Notes under the pieces: generated by a model
What the model was told of the DNA's origin: nothing
Database searches by the model: none
What the model saw: only the letters and a program-made list of their open reading frames with translations
NCBI RefSeq assembly: GCF_006345805.1
Contig: NC_042997.1
Span: forward strand, 84,692,001 to 84,756,000
Source of the DNA: Octopus sinensis
Lineage: Eukaryota
Direction of reading: 5' to 3'
DNA: 64,000 nt
Program-made: the position numbers and the translations under genes
Shown here: piece after piece, positions 27,219-38,944 of the stretch
Layout: each line of letters opens with the position of its first letter
How positions within the stretch are numbered: the stretch's first letter is position 1

Positions 27219-27392
27219 TAGATAGATAGATAGATAGATACACACACATATTTCTGTCTACCAAATCCAATTACAAGGTCTTAATCGTCCCGAGGCTATA
27301 GTAGAAAACACTTCCCTGAGGAGCCACGCAGTGGGGCCAAGCGTTAAACCACGTGGTTGAGAAGTAAGCTTCTTACCAGACAGCCACGCCCG
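26845..27392 (-). mobile_element. SINE family B copy interrupted in its internal microsatellite by a family H2 fragment
   Basis: 3' part ~26845-26975, 5' part ~27250-27392, insert 27006-27130. Confidence 0.8.
27006..27130 (-). mobile_element. Family H2 fragment with half a hammerhead (GCTCGAAACGT on the minus strand)
   Basis: AAAGTTAATCCAAAC...CAACGCGAGGACGTGGAAC...ACGTTTCGAGC. Confidence 0.6.
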
Positions 27393-27449
27393 TGCTTATA
27401 TATATGTATGTATGTATGCTTATATATATAATATATATATATATGTGTG

Positions 27450-27488
<39 letters not shown>

Positions 27489-27514
27489 TATGTATATGTA
27501 TGTATGTTATATAC

Positions 27515-27560
<46 letters not shown>

Positions 27561-27599
27561 TGTGTGTGTGTATGTACGTATGTATATATATGTATGTAT

Positions 27600-27649
<50 letters not shown>

Positions 27650-27784
27650 ATAGATATAAACGATGAGGAAAACTTGGATATGATAGTTACGGCTGCAATC
27701 ACCAATAGCAACACCCACCCTGTTATCATTTCCATAAACTCCTGCGCCACCCTTGTCACTTTACCACTTTTTTCATCACCCATA

Positions 27785-28315
27785 TCCTTCACCTCCTATT
27801 ATTATTACACACCACCACCACCACCACCACCACCGCGCCGCCTCCGCCGCCACCACCACCACCATCACTACCACCACCACCACCACCACCATCACCACCA
27901 TCACCCCCACCACCACCACAACCACCACCACCACCTTCACAGTTATCGTCATCATCTTCATCAGTATTGTCTTCACTCCACTACGGTTATTAGCACACCT
28001 TACTTCCCCATTATTATCACACAATTGCCATTATCAACGCTGCCGTCACCTCCGCTATCGTCACCACCATTCTCGTCACACGTATTATCATCAGCCTCCC
28101 CACCAATGGCATCACCAGCATTTAGCAATATATTCACTACAACTTCCACCCCCATGTACCATTATTACCACAACGACGGCAACGACGACACTGATGACCA
28201 CCACCACCAGCAACATTATCATCACCGCCATTACCAACGACTCCACAACCACCTTCGCCCCATAATCATAATTAAAACCTCGACTGATGCTACCACCATC
28301 ACCACTACCACCACC

Positions 28316-28370
<55 letters not shown>

Positions 28371-28790
28371 GCGTTCTCATCATCGTCATCAACATCATCA
28401 TCATCATTATTGTTAGTATTATCATCATCACCATATCTGAAACACTTCCATCATTAACATTTCCACATTTACCACCAGCATCATCTCCACCACCACCACC
28501 ACCACCACCAACACTACTATTTACCAGTATAACCACCACTATCAACATCATCATCATCGTCATCATCATCATCATCGTTATCGTCCACCCTCCCACTTTC
28601 AACATCGCCTCTAACAACCATCTCCACCACAACCAATACAGCCCTTATTACTGTCATTGGTTCTACATAACCCAACACCACTAGCACCACCAATTCCATC
28701 GCCAGCATCACCAGAAAAACCACCACCACCACCACCACACCACCACGATCATCATCACCACTACCACTTTACCTTCTCTTCTAGCCATTA
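27785..28790. repeat. Compound trinucleotide low-complexity tract (CAC/CAT/TAT)
   Basis: Direct reading; explains ORF 27392-28684. Confidence 0.92.
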
Positions 28791-29397
28791 ATGCCATCGC
28801 TGCTAATAACTACACTTCCGCCTCCATCGATTCCCACCGCCACCGTATTTACCCCCGCTGCCGCCACTACTTTGCTTCTTACAATAAATCCACCCCACCT
28901 CACCATCTCAGCACCTCACCACCCACACCCCTTACAAGAATTCATTATGTAATTCGGGCTTTGGCTTGACATTAGCAGCGCTCTTAATGACGTTTTAGCA
29001 ATATTTCACATTTCCCATTCTCACATCAGAACACCCCCACTCTTCCTCCCATACTTTTCTCTCTCTCTCTCTCTCCTCTCTCTTTCCATTTCTCTCTCTC
29101 TGAGTCTCACTCTATGTCTTTGTCTCTCTCCCTCTCTTACTCACTCACTCCTTCTCACTCTCTCACGCTTTCTCGCTCTCAGTCATTCTCTCTCTTTCTC
29201 AGTCACTCTCTCTCTCTGTCTCTCTCTCTCGTATGCGTGTTTGTGTCTTTCTCCCTCTCTGTCTCTGTCTGTCTGTCTGTCTGTCTCTCTCTTTCTTAGT
29301 CTAGTGTGTCTGTCTATCAGTATGTATATATGCATGTATGTATATATGTATGTATGCATGCTTCTATGCATGCATGTATGCATACATGTATGCATAG

Positions 29398-29585
29398 AGC
29401 AGTAAGCTGGCAGAAACGTTAGCACGCCGGGCGAAATGCGTAGCCGTATTTCGTTTGCCGTTACGTTCTGAGTTCAAATTCCGCCGAGGTCGACTTTGCC
29501 TTTCATCTTTTCGGGGTCGATAAATTAAGTACCAGTTACGCACTGGTGTCGATATAATCGACTTAATCCGTCTGTCTGTCCTTGT
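29398..29585 (+). mobile_element. SINE family A, well preserved
   Basis: GCTGGCAGAAACGTTAGCACGCCGGGCGAAATGCG...GAGTTCAAATTCCGCCGAGGTCGACTTTGCCTTTCATCTTTTCGGGGTCGATAAATTAAGTACCAG. Confidence 0.93.
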
Positions 29586-31477
29586 ATGTATGTATGTATG
29601 TATGTATGTTTGTATGTAGTTAAGTTTCTATGTCTTCCAGCTTGTACGGTCTCCTTATCTTTCACAGTCTCTCTCAGTTTATCTCTCTTCCTCTCTCATT
29701 CTCTTTCTCTCTCCCTCTTTCTTTCTTTTTCTATGCATCTCTTTCACGCTCTCCATATATACCCTGTCCCGTCTCTATAGCTTGTCCTCTAGTCTCGATC
29801 ATTCTCGTCTAGTCTTTCTCTCTCGCTCTCATTCCCCCTCTCTCCTTAAAAGGTAACGATATTCTATATCGTTGCCTTAGACTAACCACCACAACACTAT
29901 TCATAAAATTCCACTTTTCTTTTACCATACCAATGCCTCTTTTATACTTCTTTATTTATATTTTTTAGATTTTTCTTTTAAATTTTAAATTCGTAACTTA
30001 CTTTAAGGATGCATTAACTCTGCTGGTTCCCTTCGTCATGTTACCAAATCACACTTATTATTTGTCTCTCCGTTCCCCTTTCCTCGCATCATCTCATTAT
30101 ATAATCTTCTCTACTCTCTTACAATCCACTCCCTTACTCAACTTACTCTCTTTCCTTCTTTTCTTTCTCCTCTTACCTCGTCCCGCTATTATTCATTGTC
30201 CCTATTCTATTTTCTGTTGCTTCATTCACAACTTAAATTCTTAATTTCTTAATTTCTTAATTTCTTACACACTTACTTCTACCAAAATGTTCCCTGATCA
30301 TGAATCCACAAATGTTAGCCTATGGAAGTCAATCACTAAAAGTTGCAGTTAAACTGTCTTCAAACTACATTCCACAGTCTTTAATAAAAATTTAACAAAA
30401 ACCAATTAAGTACGAGATAAACTAAAATAGAGCTGTTCAAGAGGGTTTAACAACACTAAAGCCCCTGTTTATTATATATTCGTCTCTTCTCTTTCTACAC
30501 CTCCATTACCATCCAATACCACCATAATATTTTCCCTGTCTCCATCGCTTCTCAATTGTGATTCCTTCCTTTATAACTTCACATATTGTTCTACTCCACA
30601 CGTCATTTCCACAAAGTGTCGTTCCGATCACCACACGTGTATTTTTTGGCTTTGTTTAACCCCACTTACTATCAATGTTATTGTGATACGTCTCCCCTTT
30701 ACATGTGTGTAATAACTCGTTAGGATATTCCTTTCAATTTTTACATTACTCAACTCCTCACCATGTTGATGCTGTGGTTTTTGCCTGAGAGAAAATCTCT
30801 TCAAAGACATGCTGTGTTAAAAAACACAATATATATCGGAGAGACGAACATTACCTCAGCAGAGACTCGTGAGAACGCAACACGCGTTTCAGCATACTTA
30901 ATCCATGTCAATGACGTGTACTGGCTTGTCACACACCAAGATGAAATCTGTCTCCTACACATAGGAAAGAGGGAATAATACACTGCGTTTTACAACCCCT
31001 ACTGAGTGTCATGGTGGAAGTTTGTATCAAATATATGTATTTATCAATAAAATGCAGCCGTCCAGAGCGCTGACAAGTGACGTTACTGGCAACACTGTTC
31101 CGCATAATAGCTAGCGAGATTCTTTCACATAGCCATGAGGCTTCTCGTTGTTCCCCAGTTTAAATCAAAGCCAGATAAAACCTATTTTGTTCAATGGTTG
31201 CAAACATCAATACTTTCGAATGTAATTGAATGAAAACTTTTGTTAAGTAGTGATTACTGAATAATATTATTTTGACAAAACGGAGGGTGAGACTATAAGA
31301 ACAATATAATTTAGGGAAAGACTCGCTGTAAAAGAAATCTGCAGAGTTGCATTCTAAAGTGGCCAGTATCCCATCCACTAAGGATATAAAGTAATATCAT
31401 CTACATTTTTGCCACCAGTACAAGACAAACCAATTGGCTCTAGAATAGATGGAATATTGTTTCCAAAGTTTGTCACA

Positions 31478-31652
31478 AGGCCAGAAATTTCAGGGAAGAG
31501 ACTATCGAATAGATCAAACCCATTGCTCAACTGGTACTTATTTTATCGACCCCGAAAAGATGAAAGGCAAAGTCAACATCGGCGAAATTTGAACCCGGAA
31601 CGTAAAGACAGATGAAATGCTGCCAAGCATTTTTTCCGGCGTGCTAACGATG
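31478..31652 (-). mobile_element. SINE family A
   Basis: CTGGTACTTATTTTATCGACCCCGAAAAGATGAAAGGCAAAGTCAAC. Confidence 0.88.
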
Positions 31653-32602
31653 CTTCATTATCTTGTTAATCTCTAACCATCTCGGAAATCTACTTGCACT
31701 CATGAGAAGCAACCTGTCGACTTACTGCAGTAGAACTTGCTTGAGATACAATTATCAGCGCCCGCTCTCAGTCTCACTGCTATTTGTAATTCCCCACCAT
31801 TCGGTAAACTGCCAACATTAGTAATTGGTTGCGCGTTAATCTACACAGTCGTATATTTGTTCTTGTATACAAGTGCAAATCCGCTGACTACAATTCGGTA
31901 ACAAACTGTCACATTTAGATTTCATCAAAATAACTTTGCACTTTTGTTGTCTTGCCTTATACCTCTTCTTTCAGATTTGTTTACGGTATTAAAGCCATAG
32001 CCATTTCCTTGACCGTATTAGAATCCCAGTTAACGCAGGAGACAATTCGAAAGAACCAAAGAAATATGAGATCCCAAGAATCAACATAATAAAAGGCTTC
32101 CACAACAGTAGAAATCTAAACTAGCGTTACGAAATGTGTCGGGTTGGTAGAAAAGATCTTTTTTACATTTTGTTTTCAAGCAGGTCAAAATCAGTGAAAA
32201 GTCGCATGACTTCTTAAAAAAAGTCCTGTCGCTTTTGGTAACAGGTAACTTTTGAGAATATAGAAGTGTTTGAGTGCCGTTCTATGTTATCAGTATTCAG
32301 AAGTTGAATTAATGTTGCTCCGAGTAGCAACCTATTTCGGTGTTGAGGAACGAAGATTAATGGAAATTCATACCTGAAGTTTCTGTGCTATAAAGTTTTG
32401 AGCTCATTCAAAATCATATTCAATATGAAGTTCATATTTGGTGTTCTTTGCCTTTAGTAGGAAACTATATAATTCTTTGATACATTGTTCAAAACCTACA
32501 CCGGATCACCACCAATAGAAGCATTGTAAATATAGCAAACATTCAACTCAGTTGATATTTTATTAGTTGCTTAAGCGAGGAATGCAAAACCTAATAAATC
32601 TG

Positions 32603-32761
<159 letters not shown>

Positions 32762-32902
32762 GATCTCAAATTCAGTTGCTTCATAGCATGGATAACTATT
32801 GCCAAGATATATATATCTTTCATGTATCTATAATATACATATATATACGTATTATATATATATATTATATAATATATATATATATCATATACATATATAA
32901 TC

Positions 32903-32965
<63 letters not shown>

Positions 32966-33611
32966 CATATATAGATATATTATTATATATATTATATAAA
33001 TATATATATAATTTATATATTATATATAAAATAATTAATATATATTTTTTAATATTAATTATATAAATGAGGAAGATGACGCGCGACGGATCGAATTAAA
33101 AATGTTTGATATATGAAGCATGAGAGCGACATGAAAATTATTGTTGTTCACAGTTCAGATAATTACGGACAGTGCGCACAGATCCCTTACAAACATTAAG
33201 TGTAACGGCACCTGCTACAGCAGATATGTGATTAGAAAAATCCTTCACATATCGTTTCAAAATAGTCTTAGATTAAAAACGAAGAACCCTGTAATATGTT
33301 GTTCGTCACCATTTAGATAAATAATACCGATGATTACACCTCACTTCTACATCTTTTTCTCCCTGATTTTGTATATATTTGGCCAAATTTCTATGTTTCA
33401 GTATGATACCGGCTAATGAAGGTTCTGCGTGTGTTTGTGCGCTAGGATATTTATGAATCTAGGAATTATAAACACCCATATACCCTTGTATAACAAAAGT
33501 ACTTTTTATTTTAATTTTTATACTAGGATATATGCCTCGAGTTGTTTTGGATTCAGTCCATCTATTGAATGTTACTTTTATATTCAAGTTTCTAATCCCG
33601 CCAAATATTAT

Positions 33612-34017
33612 ACTCTTTCTCTCTCATTTTACTTGTTTCAGTCATTTGACTGTGGCCATGCTGGAGCACCACCTTTTAGTCGAGCAAATCGACCCCAGGA
33701 CTTATTCGTATGTAAGCCCAGTACTTATTCTATCGGTCTCTTTTGCCGAACCGCTAAGTTACGGGGACGTAAACACACCAGCATCGGTTGTCAAGCGATG
33801 TTGGGGGACAAACACAGACACACAAACATATACACATATACATACATATATATATACGACGGGCCTCTTTCGGTTTCCGTCTACCAAATCCACTCTCAAG
33901 GCTCTGGTCAGCCCGAGGCTATAGTAGAAGACACTTGCCCAAAGTGCCACGCAGTGGGACTGAACCCGGAACCATGTGGTTGGTAAGCAAGCTACTTACT
34001 ACACAGCCACTCCTACG
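33612..34017 (-). mobile_element. SINE family B, full length, young
   Basis: High similarity to the reverse complement of 60505-60917. Confidence 0.93.
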
Positions 34018-34894
34018 TATTATGAAACAAATGATTATCTCCCTTCTTATGACATCGCTAGAGGACAACACTGTGTTCGCACATACATCACAAATAAGCT
34101 CTTTCAAACATTTACCTTCATTCTGACTGCCCAAAGTTTTCTTAACTCTCTCATTTTACACTGACTTCACTATTATTCCCGTCTACACTTCCTCACAAAA
34201 TCGAAGAACACGGATTCAACTGGATCGACCACAGCTCTTGACTGGCACTTTATTTTGTTTTTCTTCTCTCGTTATAAGAACGTAGTGTCCAAGTCGATGT
34301 GATAGCAAACAAGTCAAGCGGTCAGCATGAGCAACATTTTGCGTTCATGTCCCAATACTTTCAAATGTTTAAGCTCTCTTAATTTGCCTCACACCAGTTC
34401 GGTTCAATTAGCGAGTTTGGTGGGTAAGTGAGAGAGTAGGTAGCTGAAATGTTAACGAATACGTAGTTTAGTAAGAACGCATTGAGCACTCACACAAGCA
34501 CATAGCATAAAAAGCAAAAATCTATTTCTGCTATTCTGATATAATATAACATGAAGTGCTCTATCAGCTTCAGACAATAATAAGGCTGATAGATATTCCA
34601 TATTTTATAAATGCTCTTGTTATTTCTATATTGAATATTTTGATTACGACCTCGATTTTGTTCCATATTTAAATTTATAGTGCAACATTCGAACAATTAT
34701 GTCTTAAATCTCGTTCCATAATTATATTTCCTCAAAGCAAATACGGAACTTACAATTTATTTTACTGACACCAGGAAGATGAATTCAAGTCGACCCCAGT
34801 GGGATTTGAAAGCAACATAAATAAATGTCATTAAACATTTTCTTCTCTGGTGCTCTACTGATTATTCTGTCAATAGTAATTTTATTTTTCAGTT

Positions 34895-35085
34895 TTGGTA
34901 CAAAGCCAACTCTTTTGAGGGAGGGAAGCAGTCAGTTTCATTACTACACCACCACTATTTGACTGGTACTTTATTTTATTGACCCCGAAAAAGGAAATGG
35001 CTAAGTTAACGCAAGTGTGGTTTAAACTCACAGCTTAAAGAGCCGGAAGAATTGCCGTTAAGCACTTTATCCGACGCGCCCTCGA
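34895..35085 (-). mobile_element. SINE family A, diverged, running into the assembly gap
   Basis: GACTGGTACTTTATTTTATTGACCCCGAAAAAGG. Confidence 0.7.
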
Positions 35086-35185
35086 NNNNNNNNNNNNNNN
35101 NNNNNNNNNNNNNNNNNNNNNNNNNNNNNNNNNNNNNNNNNNNNNNNNNNNNNNNNNNNNNNNNNNNNNNNNNNNNNNNNNNNNN
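35086..35185. other. Assembly gap (100 N)
   Basis: Run of N. Confidence 1.
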
Positions 35186-36201
35186 ACATACATAGTGAGT
35201 TACGCATGCGTACTTTTTTGTATATGTACATTCATGCATACATGTATGCATATATACATACACATGTATACACAAACAATGCAGACACACACGCACACGC
35301 ACATAAATACATACATGCGTGGATGCATACATACGTACATACATACATGCGTGGATACATACGTACATACATACATATATACATACATACATACATACAT
35401 ACATACATACATACATACATACATACATACATACATACATACATACATACACACGTATATGTTTCGAATTACTTATTAAAAGCCACCGAGAAAAGCGAGT
35501 TACTACATCTAGTTTCATTGGAAATACAAGTGAGAAACGTTCGTTGAAAATGACCAAGCAATTAGATTGTTAAAGACATCTGGTTCAGAGTCATAACAAC
35601 CTATGCTGTTGTGTAGGAGTCTCGTAGCTTCCATCGATGGATGGCAATGAATCAAATTGGTGTGGTGAAATAGGCCGAACACCAGCCTATTTTACTTTAC
35701 AGCCTGATGAGACTTCGACTCCAGCAGCCAGTGACTTAATACAGCAACATCTTATGTATATAAATACTTACATCAAGTATATGCTTACATATCCATCCAT
35801 CCATCCATCCATCCAGCTATCCATTCATTCATCCATCACTCTATCTACATACATACATACATACATACATGCATGCATACATATATACATACATACATAC
35901 ATACATACATACATACATACATACATACATACATACATACATACATACATACATACATGCATATTTGCACAAAAACCTAGAAACACTTGCTGTATTAAAT
36001 CTCTGAGCGAAATATAAACAGTAGCAATACGGAATCGTAACATATAATTGCCAACCAAGTGTGGCGTCTTATACAGGACAGTGCTACCGACGTTTATAGA
36101 CTCAGGAAGAAATCTCTTCCAGCTGGCTAACGACATACATTCTGTGTCCGATTAGTATTTGGGAGGGGAGGTCATTGCTCCCATCTCTAACCTTACGTGA
36201 T

Positions 36202-36248
36202 ACACACGGACTCGAGTTTCTTGCTGGTTACCCGTCCTCAGCGTTTGT
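36202..36248 (-). ncRNA. Type I hammerhead motif, stem II damaged
   Basis: ACAAACG CTGAGGA CGGG-TAACCA-GCAA GAAA CTCGAG TC CGTGTGT. Confidence 0.6.
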
Positions 36249-36517
36249 CTTCCTGGGGCTATAACCGTCAGTAGCACTGTCCCGTATAGAACGCCACACT
36301 TGGTTGGAAATTATATGTTACGATTCCGTATTGCTACTGTTTACATCTCGCTCAGGGATTTAATATAATTTATCTCTCCTTTTTCGAGATCTGCGACGGT
36401 TCGTCGCTGGAAAAAGCATATAGTATTTTGCGAGTGGGTTGAGTTTTCATCCCCAGCTGTTGATTATCACTCTTCTGTGTTTTTTGGAAAGTGAATCCGA
36501 CTCAATGCGAAGCCGCC

Positions 36518-37713
36518 ATGTTGGGCGGAATGAAAAAAGTAGATGAAATGAAGACGTACGCAGAGGCTGCGGAAACGCGGGAAGCCAATAATACACGCGG
36601 ACTGAAGCAGGAACAAATAGAATGGGATGTAAAGTATTTGAAAAAGTACAGCAGTATGGTGGAAGCTGGAGAAGCAAAAGTAAGACTAGTCATGCCTGAA
36701 GAAGAGATGAAGAAAATTGAGAAGAAAACTGTAATCTTTCGAAATTGTTCGAACGAAAATAGAAGGGTAGAGAGAGCTCAAGGGGAGGAAATAGAATAAC
36801 TAATTTTCAGCAGCATTGAAGAGAAAATAATCTTCCTCGTTAGAGGAAAGGAATACAGGACAGTGGCAGCCATATTCGAAAATTAAGAAGATACAGCGAC
36901 AAATTGCAAACAGGTGATAGAAGGGGAGAAACGGTCGCTATTGCCTATCACTCCAGGGAAGACAATGATAAAAATTTGAGTTGGAAGAGAACCTCCAATG
37001 ATAGAACCTGAGTGGGTAATGGTGACCATTTTTGGCTCGAAGCTGCAAAAAGGAAGCCCAGGGATCCAGCTGGTAAGCAGAACCGAATGCCGGAACTTCT
37101 GGGGGTACGGCATTGAAATAATCGGAGCCATAGCCCCAGAATATTACAAGGAAGTGCCCGAAGCGATAGAGATGCCGACAGGAGAGATGCTGGATATAAT
37201 TTTTTCGGGAAGACTACCCAGGTATTACAGGTGCCGCCTAAGAGGGCACAAAATAAAAAAAATTGTTGTAAATCAGTTGAGGAGATAACAAGAGAAATAA
37301 AAGAAGAAATAATAGAAGAAAAAGGAAAGAGAACTGGCAGAAAAAGAAAGACTAGAAAAAGAAAGCGTGAAAGAAAGAAGTCACCGACAGTAGCAGAAAC
37401 AAAAAGGTACAAAGGTATGGAAGAAGGAATACAACAAGAAACAGAAAATGTAGAAGAACTAATACCAGAGATATCAGAAGGGGAGGTGGAAGTACAAAGC
37501 GATGAGGAAATCGAGCAAAAGAGCCAGGAGGCGTATGACAAAGGTATACAGAAAGGTGAGGAATTGCAATTGGATGGAAATACAGACAAGCAAGAATGTG
37601 AAAAAATTCAGACAAGCGAATTACAGCGGCGAGGAGAACTGGAAGGAAATGGAAGACGGAAGAAATATCGCGGAAAACAGAGACATGGAGAAAAACATAA
37701 CGAGATAGGATGA
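36518..37713 (+). pseudogene. Decayed Gag/LINE-ORF1-like ORF (~400 codons) with a degenerate CCHC knuckle and a K/E-rich tail
   Basis: GCCGCCATG start; ORFs 36491-36799 and 36998-37288 share a frame separated by three stops; SGRLPR-YYRCRLRGHKIK(K)NC across a frameshift in an A-run into ORF 37231-37713. Confidence 0.7.
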
Positions 37714-37959
37714 AAAAAGGGTAAGTATGATAAATTTGTGGAAAAATTACAACTGAAAAAAAAAAGAACATGAACATTGTAAATTATGTTAAACAAAAAG
37801 AAAATAATGGAAAATGAACTGATGAATGGACAAGAATTGAAAAATTGTAAAATAAAAAAAATGTTTAATTTTCTGTTGTAAAAGGACACATATGAACGGT
37901 TAAATTAAAGGAAAAAATGAAAGGAAAGGTCACATTGTAGCGAAACTAGAGGTAGTTTT

Positions 37960-38050
37960 AAAGTTAATTGTAAAGTCTAATTGTTAAGTTAATTGTAAAC
38001 TTTAATTGTATGTTTAATCGTAAAGTCTAATTGTAAAGTTTATTGTAAAG
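37960..38050 (+). repeat. ~12-bp degenerate tandem repeat (TTAATTGTAAAG) in the element's 3' UTR
   Basis: About seven units read directly. Confidence 0.8.
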
Positions 38051-38220
38051 GTATTCACTGTTCATCTCGCAGCAGGGGCGAGGTGGCCGTCTCATTTGCA
38101 TCATATTTATGTCCATGTCATTTATCATTTTTCTTTTATCTTTATGTTCCCGCATGTCCGTGGTATGTCCCTTCTATATATCAGGTCTTGTGCCTATAAT
38201 AAAGAGATAGCTGGTGATTA

Positions 38221-38267
38221 ACACACACTGAGGATGGGTAACCACTCAGAATCTCGAGTTCGTTTGT
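38221..38267 (+). ncRNA. Type I hammerhead motif, GAAA mutated to GAAT
   Basis: ACACACA CTGAGGA TGGG-TAACCA-CTCA GAAT CTCGAG TT CGTTTGT. Confidence 0.6.
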
Positions 38268-38905
38268 ATCACGTAAGGCTAGGGATGGGAGCGATGACCT
38301 CCCCTCGCAAATACTAATCGGACACAGAATGTGCGTCGTTAGCCTGCTGGAAAAGATGCTTTTCCGGGGCTATAAACATCAGTAGCAGTTCCGTATAGGA
38401 CGCCACACTTGGTTGGCAATTATTTGCTAGAAACACTTCGTTTCATGGAAAAAGAGCGAAAGAAACAGATGTGGATTCTCCAAATCCAATCTATTAGTGG
38501 CACAGTGATAATTTGTAAGTCTTTCTAAAAACTCTCCATCTGAGATTCTTATGTGAAAAAATGTACACACTTGGTTTTATGTTTCGATAACTCAATTCAA
38601 CCAACACACCAACTCAACGGACTTCAAATCTCTAAAGAACTTGCATTAAATTCCAACAGAAATCATACATAAATTAATACATACATAGATACACTTACAG
38701 CTGACCGAAACGTCGAAGTCACAGTCACCTCTATTCTTGTAAAAGTAATATATACACTACTAAAAATATTCACTAATCGATCAATTTAATAATAAAAATT
38801 GTTGTAAACATACGATACATACGTACATGTATAGCTTGGATATAAAAGCAGAGATTTATATGCATGTATTATGCATGTATGTATCTATCTGTCGCGCTCT
38901 CTCTC

Positions 38906-38944
<39 letters not shown>

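Larger units (their letters stand above)
35989..38426 (+). mobile_element. Unclassified 2.44-kb retroelement-like insertion with hammerhead-bearing terminal repeats and a Gag/ORF1-like ORF
   Basis: Flanked by the 12-bp direct repeat CTAGAAACACTT (35977-35988, 38427-38438); 35993-36110 is inverted to 36248-36363; 36050-36247 is inverted to 38228-38425. Confidence 0.85.

Noticed and set aside
27392-28684. 430-aa ORF, the longest in the track
   Set aside because: Made entirely of dinucleotide and trinucleotide repeats; no domain, no splice evidence
30763-30978. IYIGET and CGFCLRE as a Penelope GIY-YIG remnant
   Set aside because: The motifs are in different frames and in the wrong order, with no further support
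35989-38426. DIRS/Ngaro or LTR classification of the lead element
   Set aside because: The internal repeat is a contiguous copy at the 5' side rather than a circle-junction ICR at the 3' side; there is a TSD; no TG...CA ends, PBS, RT or recombinase seen
38701-38720. CTGACCGAAACGTCGAAG half-hammerhead
   Set aside because: The core and stem II are missing; cannot be supported
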